Assembly: GCA_963816185.1 (NCBI GenBank)
Contig: CAWFJJ010000029.1
Coordinates: 403,353-467,352, forward strand
From: Thermoanaerobaculia bacterium
GTDB lineage: Bacteria; Acidobacteriota; Thermoanaerobaculia; UBA5066
Length of the DNA: 64,000 nt
Direction: 5' to 3'
This document shows, piece after piece, positions 1 through 9,665 of this stretch. Each line of letters opens with the position of its first letter. Position 1 is the first letter of the stretch. The translations under genes were made by a program, and so were the position numbers. The notes under the pieces are model-generated. The model was not told the origin of the DNA, ran no database searches, and saw nothing but the letters and a program-made list of their open reading frames with translations.

Positions 1-236
1 GCGGGGCGTATTCGTATCCTGACGCGTCGCAGAGCCTTCTCGCCCGCGCGCCCCCGAACACCCAGTACCCCGACGGCTCTCGCGGCGAGATCGATCTCGT
101 GCGGGGCGTGGCGCGGGCCGACATCCCGCTCCTGTCGGGCGCGGGCAACTACTACGTCTTCGTCTACGCGGCCAGGGGATCGGTCGTGGGGCGCATGCTC
201 TCGCCTCTCACGTCGGCGCTGATACAGGCCAGGTGA

Positions 237-328
237 CCCGAAGGGGGTCCGGGAACCCAAAAGGGGTCCGGGGGAAACGGGGATCACCCCGAAAGGGGTC
301 TGGGGAAAACGAGGATCGTTTTCCCCAG
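237..328. repeat. REP-like intergenic repeat with terminal hairpin
   Basis: Three degenerate units (cccRaaRggggtcYggg). The last ends in a perfect 13-bp stem, ctggggaaaacga-gga-tcgttttccccag (300-328). Confidence 0.6.
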
Positions 329-345
329 CTAAACTCGATTCCGAA

Positions 346-1992
346 ATGACCGAGTTCACAAGCGAAGAAATGCGGGTGCTCTCACCCTTCTTCACGAACG
401 TCGACGCGCCCGTCTTCGGCCTGAAGCTCCCGCAGGAGGTCGCGGGGGCGCTTTTCTCGCGCTACAGCCGGACCGCCAAGAGCCTGAGGCGCGTCTTCCT
501 CGACGAGTTCGTGGGCGAGCAGGGCCTTGCCGTGGGGCTCCTGGGCGGGGGCGACGCGGACGACGGCGACGCGCTGCGGAAGGCTCGCGCCTTTTACGAC
601 CGCGTTCTCGTCGGCTACGGCGACGACTCCGTCGCGCAGCTCGGCGGCGCGCATCTCGCGGTCGAGCGCGTCTCGAACGTGGCGGCGCAGGTGCTCGAGG
701 ACGCGCGCGTCGGAATCGCGTTCCTCGAGAAGTCCACGCGTTACGTCCGCTTCGACCAGCGCGACGCGGCCGGAGAGTTTCCGTGGTTCCGCGAGCCGTC
801 GCTGATGGCCTCGCGGCACCGCGACGCCTACGCGGCGCTCATGGACCGCCTCTTTTCCACGTACGCGGCCCAGATCGATCCGATGATCGCCCACATCGAG
901 CGCGTGCTCCCGATCGAGTCCGTGGCCGTGCGCCACCCGAAGACGGGAGAGCCCCTCGACTTCTCCGACGTGAAGCGCGACGCGGAGCTCCTGAAGGCGG
1001 CACGGCGCGCATATGCCGCGACCGTCCGGGCGCACGCATGCGACGTCATGCGCAGCTATCTCCCGGCCGCCACGCTCACGAACCTCGGCATTTTCGCGAC
1101 GGGGCAGGCTTTCGAGCACCTCCTGAACCGCCTCTACTCTCACCCCGCGGGCGAGTGTCGTCTGCTCGCCTCGGCCATGCGCCACGAGCTGGACCGGCTG
1201 ATTCCGTCCTTCGTGAAGAGATCGGCCAGGAGCTCGTGGCAGGAGGGTCTGCGCACGCGCGCCGCCGGGGCCGCGGGGCGCGCGCTTCCTTCCGCCGCGC
1301 TTGCCGCGCCGGGAGCGACGCTCGTGGATTTCGACCGCGACGGGGAGGAGAAAGTCCTCGCGGCGCTTCTCTACCCGCATGCGGATCGGCCTCTGGCCGA
1401 CGTACGCGCGCGCGTCCGGGCGATGAGCCCGCCCGAACGCACGGCGCTCCTTTCGTCCCTCGCCGCCGGCCGGCGAAACCGGCGCGACAAACCTCCGCGC
1501 GCGCTCGAGGAGGCCGTGTATACGTTCGACCTCCTCGGAAATCTGGGTATCTATCGTGATCTCCACCGCCACAGAATCCTCTCGCAGGAGCGTCAGGCGT
1601 TCACGACGGCGCACGGGTACGACACGCCGCCCGAGATCCTCGAAGCTGGGCACGGCGCGGTCTTCGAGGAGTGCATGGCGCGGGCGCACGACCTTCACGA
1701 GGCCGTCGTGGCGGACCATCAGGTCGAGGCGCCGTATGTCGTCCCGTTCGCGTTCCGCGTGCGCTGGTACGTCACGCTGAACCTGCGCGAGGCCGTGCAC
1801 CTGTGCGAGCTTCGCTCGATGCCGCAGGGACACCCGGATTACCGGCTCGTCGTGCAGGAAATGTGGCGGCGCATCGAGGAGGTCCATCCGGGCCTCGCCC
1901 CGTGGGGCGGCTTCGTGAATCGCGACACGTACCGCCTCGGCCGCCTTCAGTCCGAGATGCGCACGGAGTGGAAGCGAGCGGGCAGCGCCTGA
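346..1992 (+). CDS. thyX: FAD-dependent thymidylate synthase, tandem-domain form
   Basis: Two ThyX-like halves: LEKSTRYV and RSYLPAATLTN in the first, RDLHRHR..SQERQ and NLRE..HLCELRS..QGHP.YR in the second. Confidence 0.85.
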   Translation: MTEFTSEEMRVLSPFFTNVDAPVFGLKLPQEVAGALFSRYSRTAKSLRRVFLDEFVGEQGLAVGLLGGGDADDGDALRKARAFYDRVLVGYGDDSVAQLGGAHLAVERVSNVAAQVLEDARVGIAFLEKSTRYVRFDQRDAAGEFPWFREPSLMASRHRDAYAALMDRLFSTYAAQIDPMIAHIERVLPIESVAVRHPKTGEPLDFSDVKRDAELLKAARRAYAATVRAHACDVMRSYLPAATLTNLGIFATGQAFEHLLNRLYSHPAGECRLLASAMRHELDRLIPSFVKRSARSSWQEGLRTRAAGAAGRALPSAALAAPGATLVDFDRDGEEKVLAALLYPHADRPLADVRARVRAMSPPERTALLSSLAAGRRNRRDKPPRALEEAVYTFDLLGNLGIYRDLHRHRILSQERQAFTTAHGYDTPPEILEAGHGAVFEECMARAHDLHEAVVADHQVEAPYVVPFAFRVRWYVTLNLREAVHLCELRSMPQGHPDYRLVVQEMWRRIEEVHPGLAPWGGFVNRDTYRLGRLQSEMRTEWKRAGSA

Positions 1993-1996
1993 GGGG

Positions 1997-2281
1997 TCAT
2001 TCCTCCGCGGTCAGCGCGTCGAGGCCCGCGAGAATCGCGGCGGCATTCTCGTCGGGCCGCGCGAGGTAGACGGGAATCGCGCCCGGGATCTCGTGGTAGA
2101 TCTCCATGAGGACCTCCGGGGCGTCCGTGACGACGGCGTCCATCCGCGCCGACCGGGCGAGGCGCTCGAGAATCGTTTCCAGCCCCCGCTCACCGAGGAA
2201 CGTCGTCGTGGCCGGCGCGATCGCCCGCAGGCCTTCGAGCAGGTCGTGCCGCTCGAGCGTCGCGACGAGGACGTGGCGCAT
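1997..2281 (-). CDS. small hypothetical protein, possibly receiver-like fold
   Basis: MRHVLVATLE... with GGAGGAG Shine-Dalgarno upstream; fills the gap between thyX and iscS. Confidence 0.55.
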   Translation of the reverse strand: MRHVLVATLERHDLLEGLRAIAPATTTFLGERGLETILERLARSARMDAVVTDAPEVLMEIYHEIPGAIPVYLARPDENAAAILAGLDALTAEE

Positions 2282-2329
2282 CGATGGGTCTCCTCCTTCA
2301 TCTTGCAAACGGAAAGCCGCGAGCCGAGG

Positions 2330-3514
2330 ATGACGGCAGGCGGAGCCCGTTCGTTGAAGCTTCCCGTCTACCTCGATTATCACGCGACGACGCCGGTCGA
2401 CCCGCGCGTCTTCGAGGCGATGCGCCCGTACTTTTCGGAGTATTTCGGAAACGCCGCGTCGGCGAGCCACGCCTTCGGGTGGCGCGCCGAGGCGGCCGTG
2501 ACGAGAGGTCGCGAGGCCCTGGCCGCGCTCGTCGGCGCCAACCCGCGCGAGATCGTGTTCACGTCCGGCGCCACCGAGTCGGACAATCTCGCGATCCTCG
2601 GCGCTGCGCGGGCGCGCCGTACGCCGGGCGCCCACGTCGTCACGTCCGCGATCGAGCACCGCGCCGTCCTCGACCCGTGCCGCCGCCTCGAGTCGGAGGG
2701 CTTCGCCGTGACGGTGCTGAAGCCGGACGCTCACGGCGTCACGAGCGCGACCGCCGTGGCCGAGGCTCTCACGGAGCGCACGGTTCTCGTGTCCGTCATG
2801 GCGGCGAACAACGAGATCGGCACGCTCAATCCCGTCGGGGAGATCGCGCGAGTCTGCAAGGAGCGGGGAATCCTCTTCCACACGGACGCTGCCCAGGCGC
2901 TCGGCAAGATCCCGCTCGACGTGCACGCGCTCGGCCTCGATCTCGTCTCGTTCTCGGCTCACAAGCTGTGCGGGCCGAAAGGCGTCGGCGCTCTCTTCGT
3001 GCGCGCGATGAACCCGCGCGTGAGGCTCGATCCGATCGTGTTCGGCGGAGGCCACGAGCGCGGCCTCAGGTCCGGGACGCTCGACGTGCCGGGCATCGTG
3101 GGCTTCGGCGCGGCGGCCGAGATCGCGCGGGCGGAGGGAGAGGCCGAAACGCGACGCGTTTCGGGCCTCCGAGATCGGCTGTGGGAGAGGCTTTGCGCGC
3201 GCGTCGACGGCATCTCGCGAAACGGTCCCGTCTCCGCCTGCCACCCCGGGAACCTGAACGTGACGATTCCGGGTGCGCCCGCAGACGCTGTCATGGCCGA
3301 GGCCCGCGACCTCGCGGTCTCGTCGGGATCGGCCTGCACGTCTGCGGAGGCGGCGCCGAGCCACGTCCTTCTCGCGCTCGGGCGGACGCGCGCGGAAGCC
3401 GAAGCCTCGATCCGCTTCGGCCTCGGCCGCTTCACGACGGAGGAGGAGATCGACTGGGCGGCGGACGAAGTCGCCCGCGCGGTCGCGAGCGTGCGGGCGA
3501 GGAAGGCCCGTTGA
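2330..3514 (+). CDS. iscS: cysteine desulfurase, IscS/NifS family
   Basis: YLDYHATTP, FTSGATESDN, HTDAAQA, SAHK (PLP lysine), RSGT, SSGSACTS. Start could be TTG at 2354. Confidence 0.92.
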   Translation: MTAGGARSLKLPVYLDYHATTPVDPRVFEAMRPYFSEYFGNAASASHAFGWRAEAAVTRGREALAALVGANPREIVFTSGATESDNLAILGAARARRTPGAHVVTSAIEHRAVLDPCRRLESEGFAVTVLKPDAHGVTSATAVAEALTERTVLVSVMAANNEIGTLNPVGEIARVCKERGILFHTDAAQALGKIPLDVHALGLDLVSFSAHKLCGPKGVGALFVRAMNPRVRLDPIVFGGGHERGLRSGTLDVPGIVGFGAAAEIARAEGEAETRRVSGLRDRLWERLCARVDGISRNGPVSACHPGNLNVTIPGAPADAVMAEARDLAVSSGSACTSAEAAPSHVLLALGRTRAEAEASIRFGLGRFTTEEEIDWAADEVARAVASVRARKAR

Positions 3515-3546
3515 AGCGCGCGTGGCTGTTTAGAATCGCAGGGTCC

Positions 3547-4263
3547 GTGTCGACACGCACCGTCACATTCCTGGCACCAGTCGCGGTTCTCCTTGCTCTC
3601 CTGGCCGCGACCGCCGGGAGCAGGGCACAGGCGCCTTCCGGTGTCGGCGACGTGCGCGTGAGGGTGACGGTTCTGGGGCCCGATCACCGGCCGTCGCCGG
3701 CGCCGCAGGCGATCGTCTGGATCTCCGAAGGCAAGAAACCGGGATCTCTCGCGCCGTCGCCTGTCCATCCGCACATCGCGTCCAAGAGCAAACGTTTCGA
3801 GCCGCGGATCACGGCGGTGCCCGCCGGTACGACGGTCGACTTCCCGAACCTCGACGGCATCTTCCACAACGTGTTCAGCCTGTCGCCGGGCGCGAGGTTC
3901 GATCTCGGCCTATACCGCAACGGCGCCTCGCGTGCGATGACGTTCGACAACCCCGGGCTCGTCCGCGTCTACTGCAACATCCACCCGCAGATGGCCGCGT
4001 ATCTCATGGTGATCGACGGAACGATCTGGGCGCAGACCGGTTCGGACGGAAGCGCTGTGCTCGCGAGCGTCCCTCAGGGACGCGCCGTCGTGCGCGCGTG
4101 GGACGAGAAGGGCGGCGACTATCAGGGCGCGGTCGAGGTGACCGCGGGAAAGACGGTCTCCCTCGCGATCGTGCTCGACGGCTCGAGCTGGCGCGAGACG
4201 CCCCACACGAACAAGTACGGAAAGAAATATCCTCCACCGGACGACGATGCGAACCGGTACTGA
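3547..4263 (+). CDS. secreted cupredoxin-like / carboxypeptidase-regulatory-like protein
   Basis: Signal-like N-terminus; FEPR..V..GTTVDFPN.D..FHNVFS, YCNIHPQM. Start approximate. Confidence 0.7.
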   Translation: MSTRTVTFLAPVAVLLALLAATAGSRAQAPSGVGDVRVRVTVLGPDHRPSPAPQAIVWISEGKKPGSLAPSPVHPHIASKSKRFEPRITAVPAGTTVDFPNLDGIFHNVFSLSPGARFDLGLYRNGASRAMTFDNPGLVRVYCNIHPQMAAYLMVIDGTIWAQTGSDGSAVLASVPQGRAVVRAWDEKGGDYQGAVEVTAGKTVSLAIVLDGSSWRETPHTNKYGKKYPPPDDDANRY

Positions 4264-6406
4264 CAGCTCGATCTCGGGCGCGGCGACGCGCGTCACGCGA
4301 TCCGAGAGGCCGCCGGCATCGTCTCCGCCTCCTTCGGTCGTGCGGCACGCTCCCGCGCGCACCGGGCCGGGGCTCGCGACGAAGTTCTCCGTCGCCGCCG
4401 CGTTCCTCGTCCTCCTGACGCTCGGCGGAGCCGTCGCGGTCGCGACGTGGCGCGCGAACGAGGTCGCCGAGAGGAGCATCCGCGAGAGCCTGAACGCGCT
4501 CCCGGGAGTCTTTCGGGCCTACGAGGGGAGCAACGAAGACGCGCTTCGCCGGCAAGTCACGAGCGTCGCGGACGAGCCCGGTACGAAGGGGCTCTTCGAC
4601 GCGAAGGACTCGAAGACTCTCCACGACTGGACGACGGACAAGGCCGAGAAGCTCAACGCACGGACGGTCTTCCTGTTCGACGCGAGCGGCGTCCTCCTCG
4701 ACCGCAACGACCAGGAGATCGTCGACGAGAACCGGCCGTCCTTCGCGAAGGTGAAATGGGTGGCGGACGCTCTCCTCGGCATCCCCGCGACGGCCGTCAT
4801 CCGCGAAGGAAAAGTCCTGGCCGCCGTGGCTGCCGTGCCCGTTCTCGCGGGCGACATGTCGCTCGGGGAAGGGCGCCTGCGCGGCGTCCTCGCGGTCGCC
4901 GTGCCTCTCGACGAGAGACGTGCGAAGACTCTGCGCGGCATCACGAACGGTCAGACCGGGTTCCTCGCGAACACGGCCAGGCGCGGCGAGCCGCCGCGCG
5001 TCGAGCTCTCGGCCGCGACGGAAGGGTTCCGGGGCGATCTCCTCGTCCCGGCGCTCGCCGCCGACCGCTCCGCGATGGATTCGCTCTTTCGACAAGGACA
5101 GGCGGTGGGGCCCCTCGAGGTCCAGGTGGCGGGCGACCGCCGCGTTCTCGCGGCCGTGCCCCTCAAGAGCGCGACGGACGAGACGCTTGGAGCCTTCGTC
5201 GTCTCGCGCTCGCGGGACGAGGAGACGGCCGCATTCCGGAGGATCCGCGACACGCTCCTTCTCGTGGGCGGCCTCGCCCTCCTCCTCGCGCTCCCGATCT
5301 CTTTCGCCATGGGCCGGCGCATCGCGCGCCCCCTCGCGCAGCTCGCAAAAGGCGCGGCCGAGATCCGCGAAGGGAATCTCGACGTCAAGCTGCCGGAGGC
5401 GGGAGGCGACGAGGTCGGCGCGCTTGCCCGGGCTTTTCGCGCCCTGGTCCGCGAGCTGAAAGAGAAGGCCGCGCTCGAGCAGATGCTGGCGGAGATGCGG
5501 CGGCCCGACACGAACGTGACGCGGGTGGCGATGCTCACGACGCCCGCCGCGCCCGACGCGGCCGCGCGCGCGTTCGCGGGTCCGCGCACGGGGACGGTCT
5601 TCGCGGGGCGCTATCAGATCCTCGGGACGCTCGGCAAGGGCGGCATGGGAACGGTCTACCGCGCCCTCGACCGCGAGCTCGACGACGAGGTCGCCGTCAA
5701 AGTCCTGCTGCCCGAAGCCTTCGACGAAGGCAATACGATCGGCGTGACACTCAAGCAGGAGATCCGGCTCGCGCGGAAGATCACGCACCGCAACGTCGTG
5801 CGCACGCACGATCTCGGCGAGGCCGACGGCCTGAGGTTTCTCACGATGGAGTACGTGCCCGGCACGACTCTGCGCGACATCCTCGACCGGAAGGGCGCCC
5901 TCGCTGTCTCGCCCGGCCTGCAGATCGCGAAGCAGCTCTGCCGCGGACTCGCGGCAGTTCACGAGGCCGGCATCATTCACCGCGACGTCAAGCCGCCGAA
6001 CATCATGGTCCTCCCGAACGGCCTCGTGAAGCTGATGGACTTCGGCATCGCGCGCGCGGCGGAAGGCGCGGATTCCGTCGCACAGGGCGACCAGACGGTC
6101 GGGACGCCGTTCTACATGAGCCCCGAACAGGCGGTCGGCCGCGAGCTCGATGCGCGAAGCGACATCTACTCGGTCGGCGTCGTTCTCTACGAGCTGTTCT
6201 CGGGGAAGCGGCCCATCGAAGGGCGCGATCCGGGCGAAGTCCTGCGCCGGCACGTGTCCTTCGAGCCGAAGCCTCTCACGATGCTCCGGCCGGACCTGCC
6301 CGATCTCCTGGCGCGCGTCGTCATGGCGTGTCTCGCGAAGAGCCCGGAGCAGCGCCCACCCACGGCAAACGACCTCTACGGCGCGCTCCAGCGCGTCGCG
6401 GTCTGA
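4247..6406 (+). CDS. membrane Ser/Thr protein kinase with extracytoplasmic sensor and HAMP domain
   Basis: Two TM segments, HAMP (RPLAQL..DEVGALARAF), GKGGMGTVY, VAVK, HRDVKPPN, DFG, GTPFYMSPEQ. Confidence 0.9.
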   Translation: MRTGTDSSISGAATRVTRSERPPASSPPPSVVRHAPARTGPGLATKFSVAAAFLVLLTLGGAVAVATWRANEVAERSIRESLNALPGVFRAYEGSNEDALRRQVTSVADEPGTKGLFDAKDSKTLHDWTTDKAEKLNARTVFLFDASGVLLDRNDQEIVDENRPSFAKVKWVADALLGIPATAVIREGKVLAAVAAVPVLAGDMSLGEGRLRGVLAVAVPLDERRAKTLRGITNGQTGFLANTARRGEPPRVELSAATEGFRGDLLVPALAADRSAMDSLFRQGQAVGPLEVQVAGDRRVLAAVPLKSATDETLGAFVVSRSRDEETAAFRRIRDTLLLVGGLALLLALPISFAMGRRIARPLAQLAKGAAEIREGNLDVKLPEAGGDEVGALARAFRALVRELKEKAALEQMLAEMRRPDTNVTRVAMLTTPAAPDAAARAFAGPRTGTVFAGRYQILGTLGKGGMGTVYRALDRELDDEVAVKVLLPEAFDEGNTIGVTLKQEIRLARKITHRNVVRTHDLGEADGLRFLTMEYVPGTTLRDILDRKGALAVSPGLQIAKQLCRGLAAVHEAGIIHRDVKPPNIMVLPNGLVKLMDFGIARAAEGADSVAQGDQTVGTPFYMSPEQAVGRELDARSDIYSVGVVLYELFSGKRPIEGRDPGEVLRRHVSFEPKPLTMLRPDLPDLLARVVMACLAKSPEQRPPTANDLYGALQRVAV

Positions 6407-6416
6407 GGACGGAACG

Positions 6417-7181
6417 ATGGCAAAGGGAATTCTGAAGGACAGGCTCCGGTCGGGCGAGGTCGTGCACGGCCTCCTGTCGCCGAACATCGAGCCGGATCTC
6501 GTCCAGACGCTCGGCCTCCTCGGTTTCGATCTCTATATCCTCGACACGGAGCACGGCACGGGCAGCCCGGTCGAGGCCGCGGCCGTCGTGCGGGCGTGCG
6601 AGGGAGCTGGCCTCGTCCCTCTCGTGCGGCCTCGCGGCCTCGACGCCAAGCTGATCCTGCAGTTCCTCGACGCCGGAATGACGGGAATCATGCTGCCCGG
6701 CGTGCGGAGTGCCGAGGACGTGAGGCGGCTCGTGGAAGCGGCCAAGTACGCGCCGGAAGGCCTGCGCGGACTCGCGGCCATGCGCGCGAACAGCTTTCTC
6801 CTCGGTGCCGAGAAGCAGGAAGCCTGGGTCGCGCGCGCGAACCGCGAGACGCTCGTCCTGCCGCAGATCGAGACGCGCGAGGCGCTGGAAAGTGTCGAGG
6901 ACCTCGCGGCTGTGCCGGGCCTCGACGGCTTCATCGTGGGTCCGCGCGATCTCGCGCTCGCGCTCGGCTTTCCGGACGGTCCCGCTCACCCCGAGATCGA
7001 GTCCGCGATCGACCGCGTCGTCCGCGTCGCGAAGAAGCGCGGCCTCGTCGTCGGCACCGTCGCGCCGACGGGTGTGCGCGCGAAAGACCTCGCCGCGCGC
7101 GGCCTCTCGATCCTCCTCCACTCCGTGACCGCGCTCCTGAAGACCGGAGCCGAGGCCTACTTCCGCGCGGCGCGCGGGTGA
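6417..7181 (+). CDS. HpcH/HpaI aldolase family protein
   Basis: LDTEHG, LDAG..GIMLPGV, PQIET, FIVGPRDL. Confidence 0.85.
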   Translation: MAKGILKDRLRSGEVVHGLLSPNIEPDLVQTLGLLGFDLYILDTEHGTGSPVEAAAVVRACEGAGLVPLVRPRGLDAKLILQFLDAGMTGIMLPGVRSAEDVRRLVEAAKYAPEGLRGLAAMRANSFLLGAEKQEAWVARANRETLVLPQIETREALESVEDLAAVPGLDGFIVGPRDLALALGFPDGPAHPEIESAIDRVVRVAKKRGLVVGTVAPTGVRAKDLAARGLSILLHSVTALLKTGAEAYFRAARG

Positions 7182-7245
7182 GAGGGAGGAGGCCGAAAAT
7201 CTTCGGAAGGCCGGGCGGCGGGAGCTCGTGGACTGATTCGAAACT

Positions 7246-7923
7246 CTATTTCAGCGTCAGCACGATATCCGGGAAAAAGCCCCCGTCCGGCGAGGCCGAC
7301 GACGCATGCGACCTCTTCGCGACGATCCGGATCGTCTGACCGGGCTTGACCTGAAGATCCCCGTAATCGATCGTTGATTCGACGAGCGTTCCCTTGATCG
7401 GCGTTCGCGGCGAGGCCTTCTTTCCGGAAAACCCCATGGAATCGACGACCGTTTCCGTGTCGAACTGTCCCTTGCCTTTATAGCGCTCGACACTCGCCGC
7501 CGCCCAATGATCGACCGCCTTCGATTTCGTGCCGCCGGCGCAGGCAGCGCTCCGGTCCGCGTAACTCACGCACGCGTCGAGCTCGCCGCCATACTCGAAC
7601 CCGCCGATTTTGGGAAACGTGAACTGCGCCCCGGTGGACGCGTTGTTGTCCGTGTCGAAATAGACGCGCACGACCTCGCTCGCGAACTCCCCGGGAGGAT
7701 CTTTGAGCGTTGCCGCGACCGTGATCCGCCTTTCGTCGCTCCGGATCGCGAGCTTCACGACGTCGAAGCCGGGGTAATCGCCGCCTGTGGAATGGATCGG
7801 CGAGACGTCGCCGGCCGGGCTCGAGAGCTCGATCGCATGCATGGCCTTGACCGGCGGACGGGCGTTTTCTCCGAACGCCAGTGCGGCGGGCAGGCCGACC
7901 AGGAGACAGATGAGTCGCTTCAT
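7246..7923 (-). CDS. secreted hypothetical protein
   Basis: AAGGAGG Shine-Dalgarno, signal peptide, YFDTDNNASTG motif. Confidence 0.7.
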   Translation of the reverse strand: MKRLICLLVGLPAALAFGENARPPVKAMHAIELSSPAGDVSPIHSTGGDYPGFDVVKLAIRSDERRITVAATLKDPPGEFASEVVRVYFDTDNNASTGAQFTFPKIGGFEYGGELDACVSYADRSAACAGGTKSKAVDHWAAASVERYKGKGQFDTETVVDSMGFSGKKASPRTPIKGTLVESTIDYGDLQVKPGQTIRIVAKRSHASSASPDGGFFPDIVLTLK

Positions 7924-7959
7924 GGCTTCCTCCTTGAAAGCGATCGTTGATCCACGGCC

Positions 7960-9594
7960 TCAGCTCTTGCTGATGAAGCCCCACGGCGCGGCCTGCCGCG
8001 CGTGGGGATCGAAGACGCCGCGCGGGACGGCGTGCCGGGGAAGCGCGAGCGCGCTGCCGGGCCGGACGACGGCCATCAGGGTGTCGCGGTGGGTCTTCAC
8101 GAGGCGGCGCACGCTCTCGCCGGCGGCGGCCTCGAGGAGGATCGGCGCCGACTCGTGCCCCATCTTCGCGAGGTACGCCTCCCAGATCGCCTCGACGACG
8201 GGCATCCCCCGGAACGTCACGTTCGGCATCTTCCAGAACGCCGCGCTCAGGCGCTTCATCTTCTCCTCGAGCGCGGCCGGATCGTCGAGCGGCTCGTTCT
8301 CGAAGGGCGTGTGGGGCTTCGGGATGAACGCGTTCACCGTCGGAACGAGCGTACCCACGCGCCCGCGCTTGCGACCTTCCTCGAGAAACACGAGACGCAG
8401 CGCGTCCACGAGTCCGACGACGTCGTCGACGTCGGCGTCGGTCTCGCCCGGGAGGCCGACCTGCAAGTAGAGCTTGAGCTGGGTGATTCCCGAGCGCGCG
8501 ATCAGGCGCACCTTGTCGAAGAGCATCTCGTCGGACACCTTCTTGTTGATCGCGCGGCGGAGGCGCTCGTTGCCGGCCTCGGGCGCGATCGCGAGCGCGC
8601 GCTCGCCCTGCGCCGTCAGGATCGAGAGGATCTCTTCCGAGATCGCGTCGATCTTCACCGACGAAAGGGCGATGTGGTAGCCGAGGCCCGCAAGCCCTCT
8701 CAGAATCGGAAGGATCTCCGGATGGTCGGCGACGGCCGTCGCGATGAGGCCCGCACGCGACGTGAGAGAGCGGTTCCTGCTTGCGATCTCGAGGACCGCC
8801 TCGGCCGTGACCCGTACCTGCGGCGCCATCGCGTAGGCGGCCCAGCAGAAGCGGCACATTTCCGAGCAGCCCCGCGCGATCTCAATGAGGAGCTTGTCCG
8901 AGAGCTCGGTGTGCGGCGTCAGGAACGTCGTGTGCGGCGGCTCGCGGCGCGCGCCCTCGGCGGCCTTGAACTGCTGGACGACGATCTTTCCGTCCTCGGC
9001 GCCTTCGGCGCGCGCGCCGTGGACCGCCGGGACGTAGAGGCCCTTGAGCTCGCCGAGCGCGGCGAGGGTGGCTTCGCGCGAGAGATCGCGCCTGAGGACG
9101 TCCGCGAGGGAGGGGACGACCTTCTCCGCGTCGCCCAGCGCGAAGACGTCGACCCACGCCGCGAGCGGGGCGGGGTTGATGCGCGCGCAATCGCCGCCCA
9201 CGAGGATGATCGGATCGCCCTCGCGGCGTTCCGAGCGCTCGAGCGGGATACGCGCGGCGGGAAGAAGGCGGAGGAAGTTGACGTAGTCCATCTCCCACGA
9301 GATCGAGAACGCGACGAGCGGAAAATCGCCGAGGGGGGTGTCGGTCTCCAGCGTGCGCGGCCCGCGCCGGTCGGCGTTCTCGTCTGCGAAGAAACGGTCG
9401 CAGGCGACGTCCTCCTCGCGGTTCAGGAGGCGGTACACCCACTGAAAGCCGAGGTTCGACATTCCGATCTCGTAGGAGCTCGGAAACCCGAGGGCGACGC
9501 GCGTGCGGCCGTGCCGCGAGAGATGCTCCGTCGGCCGCTCTGCCGACAGCAGCATCCGGCGGCGCGAGACGGTTGGAGAGGTGGAGGCGGGCAT
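7960..9594 (-). CDS. radical SAM protein with B12-binding-like N-terminus
   Basis: EIARGCSEMCRFC (CxxxCxxC), GMSNLGF, APEAGNERLR, GLPGET, FIPKPHTPF. Confidence 0.88.
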   Translation of the reverse strand: MPASTSPTVSRRRMLLSAERPTEHLSRHGRTRVALGFPSSYEIGMSNLGFQWVYRLLNREEDVACDRFFADENADRRGPRTLETDTPLGDFPLVAFSISWEMDYVNFLRLLPAARIPLERSERREGDPIILVGGDCARINPAPLAAWVDVFALGDAEKVVPSLADVLRRDLSREATLAALGELKGLYVPAVHGARAEGAEDGKIVVQQFKAAEGARREPPHTTFLTPHTELSDKLLIEIARGCSEMCRFCWAAYAMAPQVRVTAEAVLEIASRNRSLTSRAGLIATAVADHPEILPILRGLAGLGYHIALSSVKIDAISEEILSILTAQGERALAIAPEAGNERLRRAINKKVSDEMLFDKVRLIARSGITQLKLYLQVGLPGETDADVDDVVGLVDALRLVFLEEGRKRGRVGTLVPTVNAFIPKPHTPFENEPLDDPAALEEKMKRLSAAFWKMPNVTFRGMPVVEAIWEAYLAKMGHESAPILLEAAAGESVRRLVKTHRDTLMAVVRPGSALALPRHAVPRGVFDPHARQAAPWGFISKS

Positions 9595-9665
9595 GGGACT
9601 TGCGGTTCCGAAGACCGCGAGGTCCGGTATTGTATCGGGACGAGAATGCCTGAAGGAGAACATCC

